NCBI GenBank assembly: GCA_963798915.1
Contig: CAWCVB010000015.1
Span: forward strand, 15,518-79,517
Origin: an uncultured Gemmatimonadales bacterium
GTDB taxonomy: Bacteria; Gemmatimonadota; Gemmatimonadetes; Gemmatimonadales; GWC2-71-9
Length of the DNA stretch: 64,000 bases
Direction of reading: 5' to 3'
Under the pieces are notes generated by a model, which did no database searches, was not told the origin of the DNA, and saw nothing but the letters and a program-made list of their open reading frames with translations. Shown here piece after piece: positions 18,358 to 29,510 of this stretch. Made by a program: the position numbers and the translations under genes. How positions within the stretch are numbered: position 1 is the first letter of the stretch; each line of letters starts with the position of its first letter.

Positions 18358-19599
18358 TCAGCTATCGAGATAACCAGCGAGCCGGGCGTCCCAGGATGCC
18401 CGCAGCGCCAGCCCCAGGCAGACGCAGCAGATGAGGAAGAACGACCCGCCGTAGGAGAAGAACGGCAGCGGGATGCCGGTGACCGGCATCAGGTTCACGG
18501 TCATGCCCACGTTTTCGAAGACGTGGGTAAACCAGAGGCCGAGAATGCCGAAGACCACCAGGCTGCTGAACGGATCGGCCGCTCGCCGAGCAACCCGGAT
18601 GAGCGAGGTGAAGAGCAAGATGAACAGGCCGAGGGCCACCAGTACCCCCACGAAGCCCAGCTCCTCACCGACCACCGAGAAGACAAAGTCGGTGTGCTGC
18701 TCGGGCAGGAAGGCCAGGCGCTTCTGCGGACCCTGGGTCAGTCCGGAACCAAACCAGCCGCCGGACCCGATAGCTGTCTTGGACTGGAGCAGGTGGTAAC
18801 CGGCACCCCTCGGATCCGCTTCCGGATTGAGGAACGACAGCAGGCGGTTCTGCTGGTAGAACGCGAGCTTGTTCCAGAGCACGAGCGCGGCAACGCCGGT
18901 CATCACGTTGAGCCCCACGACCGTCACGGATTCCCAGACATATGGCCGCCAGGCGATCATCAGCACCACCACCAGCATGATCCAGATGCCCCAGCTCCAG
19001 GTCGTCACGGCCAGGAGCAGGCTCAACGCCGGGCTCGCCACCATGAACAGCAGGCGCGGGCGGACCCCGGCCCAGTACAGCATGGCGAAGAAGATGCCGA
19101 TGAACACCACGGCACTGCCCAGGTCGGGTTGTTTCATGACCAGGAGAAAAGGCAGCCCGACGATCAGTGAGGGCTTCCACAGGCTTCGGAGGGAGCGGGG
19201 CGCTTCCTTGAGCGACGACAGGTGTCGTGCCAGCATCAGCACGGTGGCCAGCTTGGCGAGTTCGGCGGGTTGGCCGATACGATGGCCTCCAACTGCGAGC
19301 CAGCTCTTGGTGCCGGCCGCCGTTCCTGCCCCGGTGCCGACAACGAGCACGGCGATCAGGAGCATGAGGCCAAAGACGTAGATGGCCGGCGTCAACCATT
19401 CGATCAGTCGGAACGACGTGCGGAAAACCACGAATCCGGCAACTGCGCCGACGCCCACCCACATGAGCTGGCGGGTCCACACCCCTTCCGCAGACGTCGT
19501 CACGTCGGTCTGGCCGGCGGAGTAGAGGATGACCACACCGTAGATGATGAGCCCCAGCGCCGCCATTGCCAGGGTCCGGTCAATGCGGGCCATGCTCAA
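18358..19599 (-). CDS. rodA: Rod shape-determining protein RodA (SEDS family)
   Basis: QPAELAK, QPDLGSA, GYHLLQSKTAIGSGG, LPEQHTDFVF, TGIPLPFFSYGGS; follows mrdA. Confidence 0.95.
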   Translation of the reverse strand: MSMARIDRTLAMAALGLIIYGVVILYSAGQTDVTTSAEGVWTRQLMWVGVGAVAGFVVFRTSFRLIEWLTPAIYVFGLMLLIAVLVVGTGAGTAAGTKSWLAVGGHRIGQPAELAKLATVLMLARHLSSLKEAPRSLRSLWKPSLIVGLPFLLVMKQPDLGSAVVFIGIFFAMLYWAGVRPRLLFMVASPALSLLLAVTTWSWGIWIMLVVVLMIAWRPYVWESVTVVGLNVMTGVAALVLWNKLAFYQQNRLLSFLNPEADPRGAGYHLLQSKTAIGSGGWFGSGLTQGPQKRLAFLPEQHTDFVFSVVGEELGFVGVLVALGLFILLFTSLIRVARRAADPFSSLVVFGILGLWFTHVFENVGMTVNLMPVTGIPLPFFSYGGSFFLICCVCLGLALRASWDARLAGYLDS

Positions 19600-21491
19600 T
19601 GGGGCGGCTCCAGCGGCACGGTGTCGGGAGAGGTCGTAGTCGGCGCCACGACCCGCCGCCCGCCGCTGTCGTTGATCTCAACCGGCAGGGGCGCGCTGTC
19701 GCGGATGAAAGCCGATGGTGGCGGCGTGTTCTCCTGCGCCTTCGTCGTGTCCGGGCCAAGCACGTAGCGGGCCAGCACCTTGCTGACGTAGGGCCCGACC
19801 ACGGAACCATGTTCGGCGGCCTCCATGATGCCCCCGACCACAATCACCGGCTTGTCGGCCGGCGCAAAACCGATGAACCACCCATGGTCCTTCCCGTGGG
19901 AATTCTGGGCCGTGCCGGTCTTGCCTGCGATGAGCAGGCCCGCCTGACGAGAGCGGGCGCCCGTCCCCTGCTCGAGCACCGCGATGAGCGCGCGTCGCAA
20001 CGCGTCGAGTTGCTCGGGTGTGAGGCCAAGCTTCAGCTCGGCTTCCCCGGGCCGGGGCCGGACCACGAACGGCGGCACCTCGGTCCCGTCGCCGGCGAGC
20101 GCCTGGTAGAACTGGACCATGTTGATCAGCGTCTGGGTGTTCTCACCCTGGCCGATCGAGAAGTTGAGCACCGTCGCCGGCGGGCTCCAGTTGCGCGGAC
20201 CGTAGTGCTTGTCGAAATATTCATAGCTGGCGGGATAGAGCGATGCCTGCTCGCTCGGAAGATCCACGCCGGTTCGGCCGCCGAAGCCCATGGCGACGCC
20301 GTCGCTCAGCAAGTTGTCCAGGCCGAGCTTGAGGCCAAGCTGGTAGAAATAGACGTCGCAGCTCTGGGCCACCGCGCCGATCAGGTCCAGGCTCCCGTGA
20401 CCGTCACGCTTCCAGCATCGGAAGATGCGATTCCCGAGACGATAGCCGCCGGTACATGGCTGCGGCATGTGCGAGTGCAGGTCAATGAGCCCCCTCTTCA
20501 GGGCCATGGCCGCGGTCGCCAGCTTGAACGGAGACGCTGGCGGATACCCGCCATTGATGGCCCGATTGAGCAGCGGCTTATCGGTATTTTCGTTGAGGGC
20601 CCGCCAGTCCGAGGTCGATATGCCGCCCACAAACAGGTTGGGATCGTAGGATGGCGCCGAATACAGCGCCCTGATTTCCCCCTTGGGCGTCATGGCGATC
20701 ATCGCACCGCGAAACTCCGCCGGCCAGATGCTGTCAATGAAACGCTGCAGCGGCAGGTCAATGGTGGTGACGAGCGGGTTGCCGGGCTCGGGCGGCAGGA
20801 GCGCGGAGCCGACATTCTCTCGCACCAGCCTTCCCCGGGCATTCACTTCGACGTAGCGCACCCCTGCCCTGCCACGCAGGACCGAGTCGTACTGCCGCTC
20901 CAGTCCCGACTTGCCGACAATGGATCCAGCCTCCGCGCCCGGATATCTGTCGTTGTCCAGGTCGCGCTCCGTGACTTCCCCCACATACCCGACCAGGTGC
21001 GCTACGGCCTTGCCGTAGGGATAGAAGCGCTTCGGCTCCGACTGGATGATCAACCCGGGCAGCAGTGCACGGCGCTCTTCGAGTCGGGATACCGTCTCGA
21101 AGGTCGCATCCCCAAAGACCACGACTGGCTGGTAGCGCGCCACCCGCCAGCGCCGCTCGATATCGATCATGGTGCTGCTGTCGAGCGGTACCACGCCGGC
21201 AAACCGTTCCAGCACCGCGGCGAGGCTGTCGCGCGATGTCGCGAACAGCTTGACCGCAAATCCCGGAAGGTTTTCGGCGATAGTCTGCCCGTTCCGATCG
21301 AGAATGGCGCCCCGTGGCGGCTCCAGCGGGATGGCCCGAAGCCGGTTGGTCTCTGCCCGCAACTGGTACTTGTCGTGCTGGAGGATTTGCGTCCGGAAGA
21401 AGGCACCGATCAGCAGGGCAAAAGCCAGCGAGAGTACCCAGCGCGCGCCGGAAGCCCGCCGCCGTACCTGGTAGGAGTCAAAACCGTTCAT
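19596..21491 (-). CDS. mrdA: Penicillin-binding protein 2
   Basis: PPRGAILDRNG, GKSGLE, SxxK (SPFK), SCD, KTGTAQ; mre operon context. Confidence 0.95.
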   Translation of the reverse strand: MNGFDSYQVRRRASGARWVLSLAFALLIGAFFRTQILQHDKYQLRAETNRLRAIPLEPPRGAILDRNGQTIAENLPGFAVKLFATSRDSLAAVLERFAGVVPLDSSTMIDIERRWRVARYQPVVVFGDATFETVSRLEERRALLPGLIIQSEPKRFYPYGKAVAHLVGYVGEVTERDLDNDRYPGAEAGSIVGKSGLERQYDSVLRGRAGVRYVEVNARGRLVRENVGSALLPPEPGNPLVTTIDLPLQRFIDSIWPAEFRGAMIAMTPKGEIRALYSAPSYDPNLFVGGISTSDWRALNENTDKPLLNRAINGGYPPASPFKLATAAMALKRGLIDLHSHMPQPCTGGYRLGNRIFRCWKRDGHGSLDLIGAVAQSCDVYFYQLGLKLGLDNLLSDGVAMGFGGRTGVDLPSEQASLYPASYEYFDKHYGPRNWSPPATVLNFSIGQGENTQTLINMVQFYQALAGDGTEVPPFVVRPRPGEAELKLGLTPEQLDALRRALIAVLEQGTGARSRQAGLLIAGKTGTAQNSHGKDHGWFIGFAPADKPVIVVGGIMEAAEHGSVVGPYVSKVLARYVLGPDTTKAQENTPPPSAFIRDSAPLPVEINDSGGRRVVAPTTTSPDTVPLEPPH

Positions 21492-21495
21492 GACG

Positions 21496-21993
21496 TCAGG
21501 CCTCCAGTCGGACGTCGAACCACTCTCGCGTGACAAAGACAACGGCCGTGCCGGCCACCGCGGTGGTCAACGCCTGCAGCAGCCCGCCTGAGATGGCGCC
21601 CGTCAGGAATTCGCCTGGTGACGATCCTGACAGCATGAGTACCAGCAGATTGCGAAGCCAGCAGCCCGCAAAGAACAGCCCGGCGTGCACCAGGTAATTC
21701 TCGGCAAAGAAGACGGCGCGCGCCCAGGAAGCGAGATAGCCGACGATCGTGTGCGCCAGCATGCCGGCACCCATCGCCGCGGGCGTCATGGCGTCCGCCA
21801 GCAGACCGGTCAGCAGCCCGGTGATGGCTCCGGCCGCCGGCCGGGAGGACGAGGCCAGCATGATCAGCAAGACCAGGAGGAAATCAGGCGCGGCAGCAGC
21901 ATTCCAGAACCGGGGGCGCACAAAATATTGCAGCAGCAGCAGCACGGTGGCGAGCACTACGATGGCGAACCGGTTGGCGCGGTTGAATGTCAT
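21496..21993 (-). CDS. mreD: Rod shape-determining protein MreD
   Basis: Polytopic membrane protein with PDFLL and GLLAD motifs, between mreC and mrdA. Confidence 0.85.
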   Translation of the reverse strand: MTFNRANRFAIVVLATVLLLLQYFVRPRFWNAAAAPDFLLVLLIMLASSSRPAAGAITGLLTGLLADAMTPAAMGAGMLAHTIVGYLASWARAVFFAENYLVHAGLFFAGCWLRNLLVLMLSGSSPGEFLTGAISGGLLQALTTAVAGTAVVFVTREWFDVRLEA

Positions 21994-22988
21994 TGCGGCA
22001 CCGCCGCGGTGGTGCCCGATCCCGCAGGCGCAGCGGCGCGGGCCAGCGAGTCGCGCAGCCACGCCCGCACCGAGTCTCCGACTCGGATGCGCAGCAGCGA
22101 GTCGCGCTGTTCGGCCTGGCGGAGCGAATCGGCTCGGAGAGCCGCAAGGATGGAATCGCCCGGGAAGGCCGGCGTCATGTCACTGTCGACGGTGGACGTG
22201 AGAATCATGACGTGGGCCACCGCGCTGGGGTTGGCCGATGGTCGGAGCGAATAGATTCGCTCCCAGCCCAGCTGCTCGCGCGCAACACCGGTGACAGCCC
22301 CCACAGGAATGCCCCGGGGATAAACGCCACCTAGCCCGGACGAGAAAATGAGCGTCCCAGCCGGCAGGGTGTCGCGGTAGCTCGCTGCCCGGAATTCGAG
22401 GGAGGCCTCGCTGGCGCTGCCGGCGCTTGAAGGTGCCACCATTCCGGCGACTCGCCCGCCTTCGGCATAGGCGCTGACCCGGAAATCCGGATGCGCCCAG
22501 GTCATGACGCTCGCTGTCGCCGGTGTGGTGCCCGCCACCACCCCGACCAGGCCCTCCGGCGAGACCACCGGCTGGAAGGGACTGATCCCCGAGGCCGACC
22601 CGGCGTTGAGCAGCAGCATCCGCCCGTCGCTGGCCGTGGACTGGTGCAACACTTCCGCCGCTATGTACCGAGTCTGAAGCCGACGGGACAGACCCAGCAG
22701 TTCCCGGAGGCGCCCATTCTCGGCCCTGAGGACGGGCATCGCCTGTGCCGCGAGCGCGACCGAGTCCCGCTGCGCCGCGACGGCCCGAAAGCGGCTGCGG
22801 CTGGTACGACCCATCTCAGCCTGCGATTGCAGCCACACGAGGGGTGAGAACAGGGACTGGCGCAGTCCGCCGCTGACAACCTGGCCCGCATGATCGGAGA
22901 GAAAGAGGAACACGAGCGAAATCATGACGCACCCGGCAAGCGCCATGGTGTCACGTCGGGAATACGAGCGGTCCGACGCGGTCAGCAT
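21990..22988 (-). CDS. mreC: Rod shape-determining protein MreC
   Basis: TM then coiled coil ENGRLRELL, EGLVGVV, SSGLGGVYPRGIPVG. Confidence 0.92.
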   Translation of the reverse strand: MLTASDRSYSRRDTMALAGCVMISLVFLFLSDHAGQVVSGGLRQSLFSPLVWLQSQAEMGRTSRSRFRAVAAQRDSVALAAQAMPVLRAENGRLRELLGLSRRLQTRYIAAEVLHQSTASDGRMLLLNAGSASGISPFQPVVSPEGLVGVVAGTTPATASVMTWAHPDFRVSAYAEGGRVAGMVAPSSAGSASEASLEFRAASYRDTLPAGTLIFSSGLGGVYPRGIPVGAVTGVAREQLGWERIYSLRPSANPSAVAHVMILTSTVDSDMTPAFPGDSILAALRADSLRQAEQRDSLLRIRVGDSVRAWLRDSLARAAAPAGSGTTAAVPQ

Positions 22989-22991
22989 TCG

Positions 22992-24029
22992 CTAGACCTG
23001 CAGAACGCTCTTGTACTTGTCGTGCTCGTCGAGGATGCGGCCGGTGCCGCGAACCACGCAGGTCAGCGGATCCTCGTCCACGTGGATAGGCAGACCGGTT
23101 TCCTGTGCCAGCAGGATATCGAGCCCGCGGATCAGCGCGCCGCCCCCCGTCATGACGATCCCGCGGTCCACGATGTCGCTCGCCAGTTCCGGAGGCGTGA
23201 TCTCGAGTGCCCGCCGCACGGCATCGACGATCTGCTGCACCGGCTCCTGCACCGCTTCCCTGATCTCGGCGGAGTGCACTCGCACGGTCTTGGGAATGCC
23301 CGAGACCAGATCGCGCCCCTTGACTTCCATCTCGCGCTCGTCGCCTGTCGGGGCCGCCGATCCGATTCGGATCTTGATCTGCTCGGCGGTGGGCTCGCCC
23401 ACCAGCAGATTGTAGTTCTTGCGCATGAACTGGACGATGGCCTGGTCCAGCTCATCGCCGCCGACCCGGATGCTCGTATCGGAAACAATGCCGGAGAGCG
23501 CGATGACGGCGATTTCGGTGGTGCCGCCGCCGATGTCGATCACCATGTTGCCAGTCGGTGTTTCGACCGGGAGCCCCACGCCAATGGCCGCGGCCATGGG
23601 CTCGGCCACCATGTAGACCTGCTTTGCCCCGGCGGTCTCCGCCGAGTCACGAACGGCGCGACGCTCGACTTCAGTAATGCCGGATGGCACGCAGACAATG
23701 ACCTTCGGCTTTACCCGGAAGAAGTGCTTGTCGATGATCAGCTTGAGAAAATGCCGCAGCATCTTTTCCGTGACGTCGAAGTCCGCGATAACGCCGTCCT
23801 TGAGCGGACGCACCGCGATGATCCCTTCCGGGGTGCGGCCCAGCATCCGCTTGGCTTCCAGTCCGATACCCCGGATCCGGCCGGTGGCCTTGTCGATGGC
23901 CACGACCGATGGCTCGTTCAGGACGATTCCCTCGCCCTTCACGTAGACCAGGGTATTGGCCGTGCCAAGGTCGACCGCGATTTCGTTGGCGGGCAGCAGC
24001 GAGGACAACTTGAGAGAGCCCAATTTCAT
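22992..24029 (-). CDS. mreB: Actin-like cell shape protein MreB
   Basis: [41 protein letters not shown]. Confidence 0.98.
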   Translation of the reverse strand: MKLGSLKLSSLLPANEIAVDLGTANTLVYVKGEGIVLNEPSVVAIDKATGRIRGIGLEAKRMLGRTPEGIIAVRPLKDGVIADFDVTEKMLRHFLKLIIDKHFFRVKPKVIVCVPSGITEVERRAVRDSAETAGAKQVYMVAEPMAAAIGVGLPVETPTGNMVIDIGGGTTEIAVIALSGIVSDTSIRVGGDELDQAIVQFMRKNYNLLVGEPTAEQIKIRIGSAAPTGDEREMEVKGRDLVSGIPKTVRVHSAEIREAVQEPVQQIVDAVRRALEITPPELASDIVDRGIVMTGGGALIRGLDILLAQETGLPIHVDEDPLTCVVRGTGRILDEHDKYKSVLQV

Positions 24030-24112
24030 CAAGGAAGCGCCGGGTCAGAGGCCGGGAGGGTGCCGAACCGACCAAAGCTAAAGGACCGGAGAAGGGTGAA
24101 CAAGCGGATGGC

Positions 24113-24562
24113 CTAGCGGGGACCGAGACCGGTACTGCCAAATCCGCCCGCGCCTCGGGCCGAATCCCCGAGCGACTCCCGTTCGGCGAGTTCCACATGG
24201 GCGACCGGCGCGACGACCAGCTGGGCAATCCGCATCCCCCGTTCAATGCGGAACGGCTCGGTCCCGAGGTTGACCAGCGCGACCTTGAGCTCGCCGCGGT
24301 AGTCGCTATCGATGGTCGCCGGACTGTTTGGCAGGGTAATGCCATGGCGATAGGCCAGGCCGGACCGCGGCCGGATCTGGGCCTCGAAGCCCTCCGGCAG
24401 CGCGATGGCAAAACCGGTCGGAAACAGCCGCCGCTCCAGTGGGGCCAGCGTGGCATCTTCCGCGCTGGCCAGATCCAGGCCGGCCGCCCCCGCCGTCGCG
24501 TATGACGGCAGGGGCATTCCCGATCCATGCGGGAGCCGCTGGATGTCCACCGCTACCGGCAT
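24113..24562 (-). CDS. dut: dUTP diphosphatase
   Basis: [37 protein letters not shown]. Confidence 0.96.
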   Translation of the reverse strand: MPVAVDIQRLPHGSGMPLPSYATAGAAGLDLASAEDATLAPLERRLFPTGFAIALPEGFEAQIRPRSGLAYRHGITLPNSPATIDSDYRGELKVALVNLGTEPFRIERGMRIAQLVVAPVAHVELAERESLGDSARGAGGFGSTGLGPR

Positions 24563-25678
24563 TCAGTTGAGCACCGAGGCCGAGTCGGTCAGTTCCAGCC
24601 CGAAGGCCTCGGCCACGCCCGGATAGACCACCTTGCCGCGAACCACGTTGAGTCCCAGCCGCAGCGCATTATCGTCCCGGCACGCCTTCTGCCAACCGTC
24701 ACGCGCCAGCCTGAGCGCGTATGGCAGGGTGGCGTTGGTGAGCGCCAGTGTGGAGGTGCGGGGGACCCCGCCGGGCATGTTGGCCACGGCGTAGTGGAGG
24801 ATGCCATCGACGAAGTAGGTCGGTTGTTCGTGCGTCGTGGGCTTGATCGTCTCCACGCACCCGCCCTGATCCACTGCCACGTCCACGATCACGGAACCGG
24901 GCTTCATCAGCTTGAGGTCGGCTCGCGTCACGAGACGGGGTGCCTTGGCACCAGGCAGCAGCACCGCCCCGACGACCAGGTCCGCCCGGCGCAGGCAATC
25001 CACGATGTTGTGCCGGTTGGAGTAGAGGGTGTCCACGTTGGCCGGCAGGACGTCGGCCAGGTACCGGAGCCGGTGGAGCGACAGGTCAAGAATGGTGACA
25101 TGGGCGCCGAGTCCCGCCGCCATCTTGGCCGAGTTGATCCCGACCACGCCACCCCCGATCACCACGACCTCGGCCGGCGCCACACCGGGCACGCCGCCCA
25201 GGAGCACGCCACTGCCACCGGAATGCTTCTCGAGGTACTTGGCCCCCTCCTGCACCGCCATGCGGCCGGCAACTTCCGACATCGGCGTGAGCAGCGGCAG
25301 CTCGCCCGACGGCAGCTCCACGGTCTCGTAGGCGAGCCCGATAGCGCCCGATTCCATGACGGCGCGGGTCAGCTCTTCGGAGGCGGCGAAATGGAAGTAG
25401 GTATAGATCAATTGATCCCGCCGCATCCGCGGCCATTCCACCGCAATCGGCTCCTTCACTTTCATGATCATGTCGGCCTGCTTCCAGACCGCATCGGCGT
25501 CAGGCAAGATGGTCGCCCCGACCTCCGCATAGGCATCGTCCGGGAAGCCACTGCCGTCGCCAGCGCCGGCCTCCACCATGACCTGGTGGCCACCGGCCAC
25601 GAGGGCCAGCGCGCCGGCTGGCACGAGGGCGATCCGGTTCTCGTTTGTCTTGATTTCCTTCGGGACGCCGATGATCAT
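24563..25678 (-). CDS. ald: Alanine dehydrogenase
   Basis: GVPKEIKTNENR, KVKEP, PMSEVAGR, DVAVDQGGC, VANMPGGVPRTST. Confidence 0.96.
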   Translation of the reverse strand: MIIGVPKEIKTNENRIALVPAGALALVAGGHQVMVEAGAGDGSGFPDDAYAEVGATILPDADAVWKQADMIMKVKEPIAVEWPRMRRDQLIYTYFHFAASEELTRAVMESGAIGLAYETVELPSGELPLLTPMSEVAGRMAVQEGAKYLEKHSGGSGVLLGGVPGVAPAEVVVIGGGVVGINSAKMAAGLGAHVTILDLSLHRLRYLADVLPANVDTLYSNRHNIVDCLRRADLVVGAVLLPGAKAPRLVTRADLKLMKPGSVIVDVAVDQGGCVETIKPTTHEQPTYFVDGILHYAVANMPGGVPRTSTLALTNATLPYALRLARDGWQKACRDDNALRLGLNVVRGKVVYPGVAEAFGLELTDSASVLN

Positions 25679-25722
25679 CGCTTTTCCATGAAGAGTTGAA
25701 GGGAGCCGCGAGTTCCCAGCCG

Positions 25723-26979
25723 TCAGGCCGGTGGACCCAGGGACAGTACGGTTTGCCGGGTACTGGGAAAGAACTCGGCTGCCACCGCAGCCGCGTCATC
25801 CGCGGTCACAGCGTCAACCAGACGGAGCACTTCATCCAACGGGCGGTAGCGCCCCTCCATCAGCTCGCCGGCCGCCAGCCGGCTCATCCGGCTGACGGGA
25901 CTCTCGAGGGCCAGCATGATCTGCCCCTTGAGTTGCCGCTTGCCGTCATCGAGCTCGGCAGGCGTCAGGCTGTTGCGCGCCAGAGCATCCAACTCAGCTC
26001 GAATGGCCTCGATGGCTGCAGCGGCAGAGGCCGGCTGGGTCCCGACGTAGACACCCACCTGGCCGCCGCTCTGATAGAGCTGATTGAAGGCGTACACCGT
26101 GTAGGCCAGCCCGAGTTCCTCGCGCACGCGCTGGAAGAGACGGCTGGACATGCCACCGCCCAGGGTATTGCAGAGGATGGCGAGGGCAAAGCGTCGCAGG
26201 TCGCGCCCCGCAAATGCGTCCGTGCCAAACACGATGTGGCACTGGGCCGTTTCCCGCTGTTCGCTGCGAACGAGGTTTGCCGCTGCCGGCGCCGGGGCGA
26301 CCGCCGGCAGCGGTAGCCGGGGCTCTGCCTCGGTGAACCACCCCTCCTGCTCCAGGGTCGTCAGCAGGGCCGTGTGCTCCACCTGGCCCGCGGCGGCGAT
26401 CACGCAGTTGCCCGGGTAATAGGCGGCGTCATGGAGCGATCGAAGATCGTCCGCCTGGAGCGCCGACACGGAGTCGCGAGAGCCGAGGATGGTGTAGCCG
26501 TAGGGGTGGCTGGGCCAGAGCGCGCCGGCATGCAGGTCAAAGACAATATCATCGGGCGTGTCTTCCACGCCGCTGATTTCCTCGATCACCACCCGGCGTT
26601 CCGCCACCAGGTCGGCTTCGCGCAGGAGGGGCCGGCGCACCAGATCGGTGAGCAGATCGACCGCCAGCGGAAGATCGTCGTCCAGGGCGTGGGCCTGGAA
26701 ACTGGTATTGTCCCGGCCAGTATAGGCGTCGAGACTCCCCCCACGCACCTCCAGCTCGAGGGCGATCTGGCGCGCACTCCGCCGCTCGGTCCCTTTGAAG
26801 ACCATGTGCTCCAGCAGGTGGGAAAGTCCCATCTTGCCACGGGGCTCATGGGCGCTGGCCGTCCGGACCCAGACACCCATGGCCACGGAGCGAAGCGCCG
26901 GCATCCGCTCCGAGAGGACGACCAGTCCATTCGGCGCGACGCTGCGATGGAGCCCCTCGTCGAGGCGAACGGTATGCAC
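25723..26979 (-). CDS. M16 (pitrilysin-like) zinc peptidase
   Basis: Inverted zinc motif HLLEHMVFKGT; GGGMSSRLFQRVREELGLAY; usual position downstream of pnp. Confidence 0.92.
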   Translation of the reverse strand: MHTVRLDEGLHRSVAPNGLVVLSERMPALRSVAMGVWVRTASAHEPRGKMGLSHLLEHMVFKGTERRSARQIALELEVRGGSLDAYTGRDNTSFQAHALDDDLPLAVDLLTDLVRRPLLREADLVAERRVVIEEISGVEDTPDDIVFDLHAGALWPSHPYGYTILGSRDSVSALQADDLRSLHDAAYYPGNCVIAAAGQVEHTALLTTLEQEGWFTEAEPRLPLPAVAPAPAAANLVRSEQRETAQCHIVFGTDAFAGRDLRRFALAILCNTLGGGMSSRLFQRVREELGLAYTVYAFNQLYQSGGQVGVYVGTQPASAAAAIEAIRAELDALARNSLTPAELDDGKRQLKGQIMLALESPVSRMSRLAAGELMEGRYRPLDEVLRLVDAVTADDAAAVAAEFFPSTRQTVLSLGPPA

Positions 26980-26985
26980 GCGGGG

Positions 26986-29073
26986 CTACTCCTTGGGAAG
27001 GAGCGCCTTCCGGGAGAGCTTCATCCGGCCGCGTTCGTCGACCGACAGCAGCTTGACCTGGATGACGTCGCCCGCCTTGACCACGTCCTCGGTCTTCTCA
27101 GTGCGCCCGTGCTGGAGCTCACTGATATGCAGCAGTCCCTCGACGCCCGGCAGGATTTCCACGAAGGCACCAAACGGTGTGGTGCTCTTGACCGGGCCCT
27201 CGTAGACCTTGCCCACCTCGGGCTCGGTGGTGATGGCGGCGATCATCTCCCGCGCCTTTTCGATGGTCTCGGCGCCAACGCCTGCGATGGTGATCACACC
27301 GCTGTCTTCGATCGAGATGCGCGCGCCGGTGGCGTCCTGGATGCCACGAACGGTCTTGCCCTTCGGCCCGATGACATCGCCAATCTTGTCCGGCCGGATC
27401 TGCATCGTGACAATCCGCGGGGCATAGGGCGAGAGATCCTGTCTCGGCGCGGCCAGTGCCTTCTTCATTTCGCCGAGAATGTGGAGCCGGCCCGCCCGGG
27501 CCTTCTCGAGCGCCTGCTTCATGATGGCCAGATCCAGTCCCTGGATCTTGATATCCATCTGGATGGACGTAATGCCCTTGTCGGTTCCGGCGACCTTGAA
27601 GTCCATGTCGCCCAGGTGATCCTCGGAGCCAAGGATGTCGGTCAGGATCGCGACCTTCTTCCCGTCCTTGATCAGGCCCATCGCCACACCGGCGCAGGCC
27701 GCCTTCATCGGCACGCCCGCATCCATGAGCGCCAGCGACCCTCCGCAGACCGTTGCCATCGAGGAGGAGCCGTTGGACTCCAGGATCTCGGAGACCACGC
27801 GCAGCGTGTACGGGAAAGTGTCGTAGTCCGGCAGCAGCGGCTGGAGCGCGCGCTCCGCCAGAGCACCATGGCCGATTTCGCGTCGGCTGGTGCCGCGGAT
27901 CATCTTGACTTCACCCGTCGAATAGGGCGGGAAGTTGTAATGGAGCATGAACGACTTGGTGGTCTCGCCCGCGACATCGATGTTGTCGAGCCGCTGCTCG
28001 TCGTCGGCGGTCCCAAGGGTGACGCTCACCAGGGCCTGGGTCTCTCCCCGCGTAAAGAGGGCTGAGCCGTGGGCCCGCGGCAGCACGCTGGTATCGATGC
28101 TGATCGGCCGCACCGTGTCAGTGTCGCGCCCGTCGACCCGCTCGCCCTTGTCCAGCACCTGGGAACGCATGACACGGTACTCGATCTCCTCGAGCTCGTT
28201 CACGATTTCCTTCTGCCGGTCGGGCCACTTCTCCGCCAGTGACGTGAGCACGTCGTCGCGCACCACACGGAGGCTTGCTGCCCGGCCGCTCTTCTCCTTG
28301 GCATTCATCGCGCTGGTGACCTTCTTCTCCGCCAGCTTGCGAACCGCGGCGGCCAGCTCGGCATCGGCCGCGGGCGCCTTCCACTCCATCTTGGTGGGCG
28401 TTGCCTTGCTGACGAGCTTCTTCACGACGCTGACCAGCTCGGCAATACCCTTCTGGGCGACGCCCAGGGCCTCGAGCATTTCGCTTTCCGGGACCTCGAG
28501 CGCGCCACCTTCCACCATCATGACCGAGTCGGCGGAACCGCTGACCACGAGATCGATGTCGGAGAACTCGAGCTGCTGGAAGGTCGGATTGAGGATCCAG
28601 TTGCCGTCCACCCGGCCAACCCGCACCGCGGCCAGGGGTCCATTCCAGGGCACCGTGCTGAGGGTCAGCGCGGTGGAGGCGGCGATCAGCCCCACGATGT
28701 CCGCATCGTTTTCCTGGTCGGCCGAGAGCACGGTCACAAAGACCTGCACTTCGTTCTTGAACCCTTCAGGAAAGAGCGGACGAATCGACCGGTCGATCAG
28801 GCGCGCCGCCAGAATTTCCTCATCCGAGGGCCGGCCTTCACGCTTGAGGAAGCCGCCCGGGATCTTGCCCGCCGCGTAGGTCTTCTCGCGATACTCGACC
28901 GTCAGCGGGAAGAATGGCAAGGCGGAGATGTTGGCGGAGACGGTCACGGCGGCAAGTACCTGGGTCTCTCCGAACTGGAGCAGCACGGCTCCCGCGGCCT
29001 GCTTCGCCATCCGGCCGGTTTCCAGCGTCAGCGGGCGTCCCGCGAATTCGGTTTCGATCTTCTGCATGCTCAC
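26986..29073 (-). CDS. pnp: Polyribonucleotide nucleotidyltransferase
   Basis: AGKIPGGFLKREGRP, RREIGHG, ESNGSSSMA, EDHLGDMDFKVAGT; KH and S1 domains. Confidence 0.98.
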   Translation of the reverse strand: MSMQKIETEFAGRPLTLETGRMAKQAAGAVLLQFGETQVLAAVTVSANISALPFFPLTVEYREKTYAAGKIPGGFLKREGRPSDEEILAARLIDRSIRPLFPEGFKNEVQVFVTVLSADQENDADIVGLIAASTALTLSTVPWNGPLAAVRVGRVDGNWILNPTFQQLEFSDIDLVVSGSADSVMMVEGGALEVPESEMLEALGVAQKGIAELVSVVKKLVSKATPTKMEWKAPAADAELAAAVRKLAEKKVTSAMNAKEKSGRAASLRVVRDDVLTSLAEKWPDRQKEIVNELEEIEYRVMRSQVLDKGERVDGRDTDTVRPISIDTSVLPRAHGSALFTRGETQALVSVTLGTADDEQRLDNIDVAGETTKSFMLHYNFPPYSTGEVKMIRGTSRREIGHGALAERALQPLLPDYDTFPYTLRVVSEILESNGSSSMATVCGGSLALMDAGVPMKAACAGVAMGLIKDGKKVAILTDILGSEDHLGDMDFKVAGTDKGITSIQMDIKIQGLDLAIMKQALEKARAGRLHILGEMKKALAAPRQDLSPYAPRIVTMQIRPDKIGDVIGPKGKTVRGIQDATGARISIEDSGVITIAGVGAETIEKAREMIAAITTEPEVGKVYEGPVKSTTPFGAFVEILPGVEGLLHISELQHGRTEKTEDVVKAGDVIQVKLLSVDERGRMKLSRKALLPKE

Positions 29074-29119
29074 GTCTGTGTCCTGTTTCTTTGGTGTCGG
29101 CGGCCCGTCAAATGCGCAG

Positions 29120-29152
29120 AGGGCGTCCCGGTCCCAGTGACCGAGACGCCCT
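29120..29152 (-). terminator. Stem-loop between rpsO and pnp (terminator or processing site)
   Basis: AGGGCGTCCCGGTC / GACCGAGACGCCCT stem; weak U-tract. Confidence 0.5.
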
Positions 29153-29168
29153 GGCCATCGCTGACTGC

Positions 29169-29429
29169 CTAGTGGCGGAGACCCAATTCCTCGATCAGCG
29201 CGCGATATCCATCGAGGTCCGTGCGCCGGAGGTAGGTAAGGAGCCGGCGGCGCGTGCCCACCATCTTGAGCAGGCCCTGCCGACTGTGATGATCCTTGGG
29301 ATGGGTGCGGAAATGCTCGGTGAGCGAGTTGATCCGCTCGGTCAGCAGGGCCACCTGGAGCCGGGTTGACCCGGTGTCAGTCTCATGGGCCCGGTGCTTT
29401 TCCATCACCGGCTGCTTTTCAAACGTCAT
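29169..29429 (-). CDS. rpsO: 30S ribosomal protein S15
   Basis: [43 protein letters not shown]; upstream of pnp. Confidence 0.97.
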   Translation of the reverse strand: MTFEKQPVMEKHRAHETDTGSTRLQVALLTERINSLTEHFRTHPKDHHSRQGLLKMVGTRRRLLTYLRRTDLDGYRALIEELGLRH

Positions 29430-29510
29430 GCGTGCGATGTCCCCTGTTCGGCCCAAAGTCCCTAAATTCTCAAAGCTGAGGAAGATAACTCGGTGCGGCG
29501 GCGGCCGGCA

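Noticed and set aside
13281..28065. Long plus-strand ORFs (e.g. 13281-15212, 19566-21533, 26374-28065)
   Set aside because: Antisense shadows of well-supported genes, expected at high GC; no recognisable motifs
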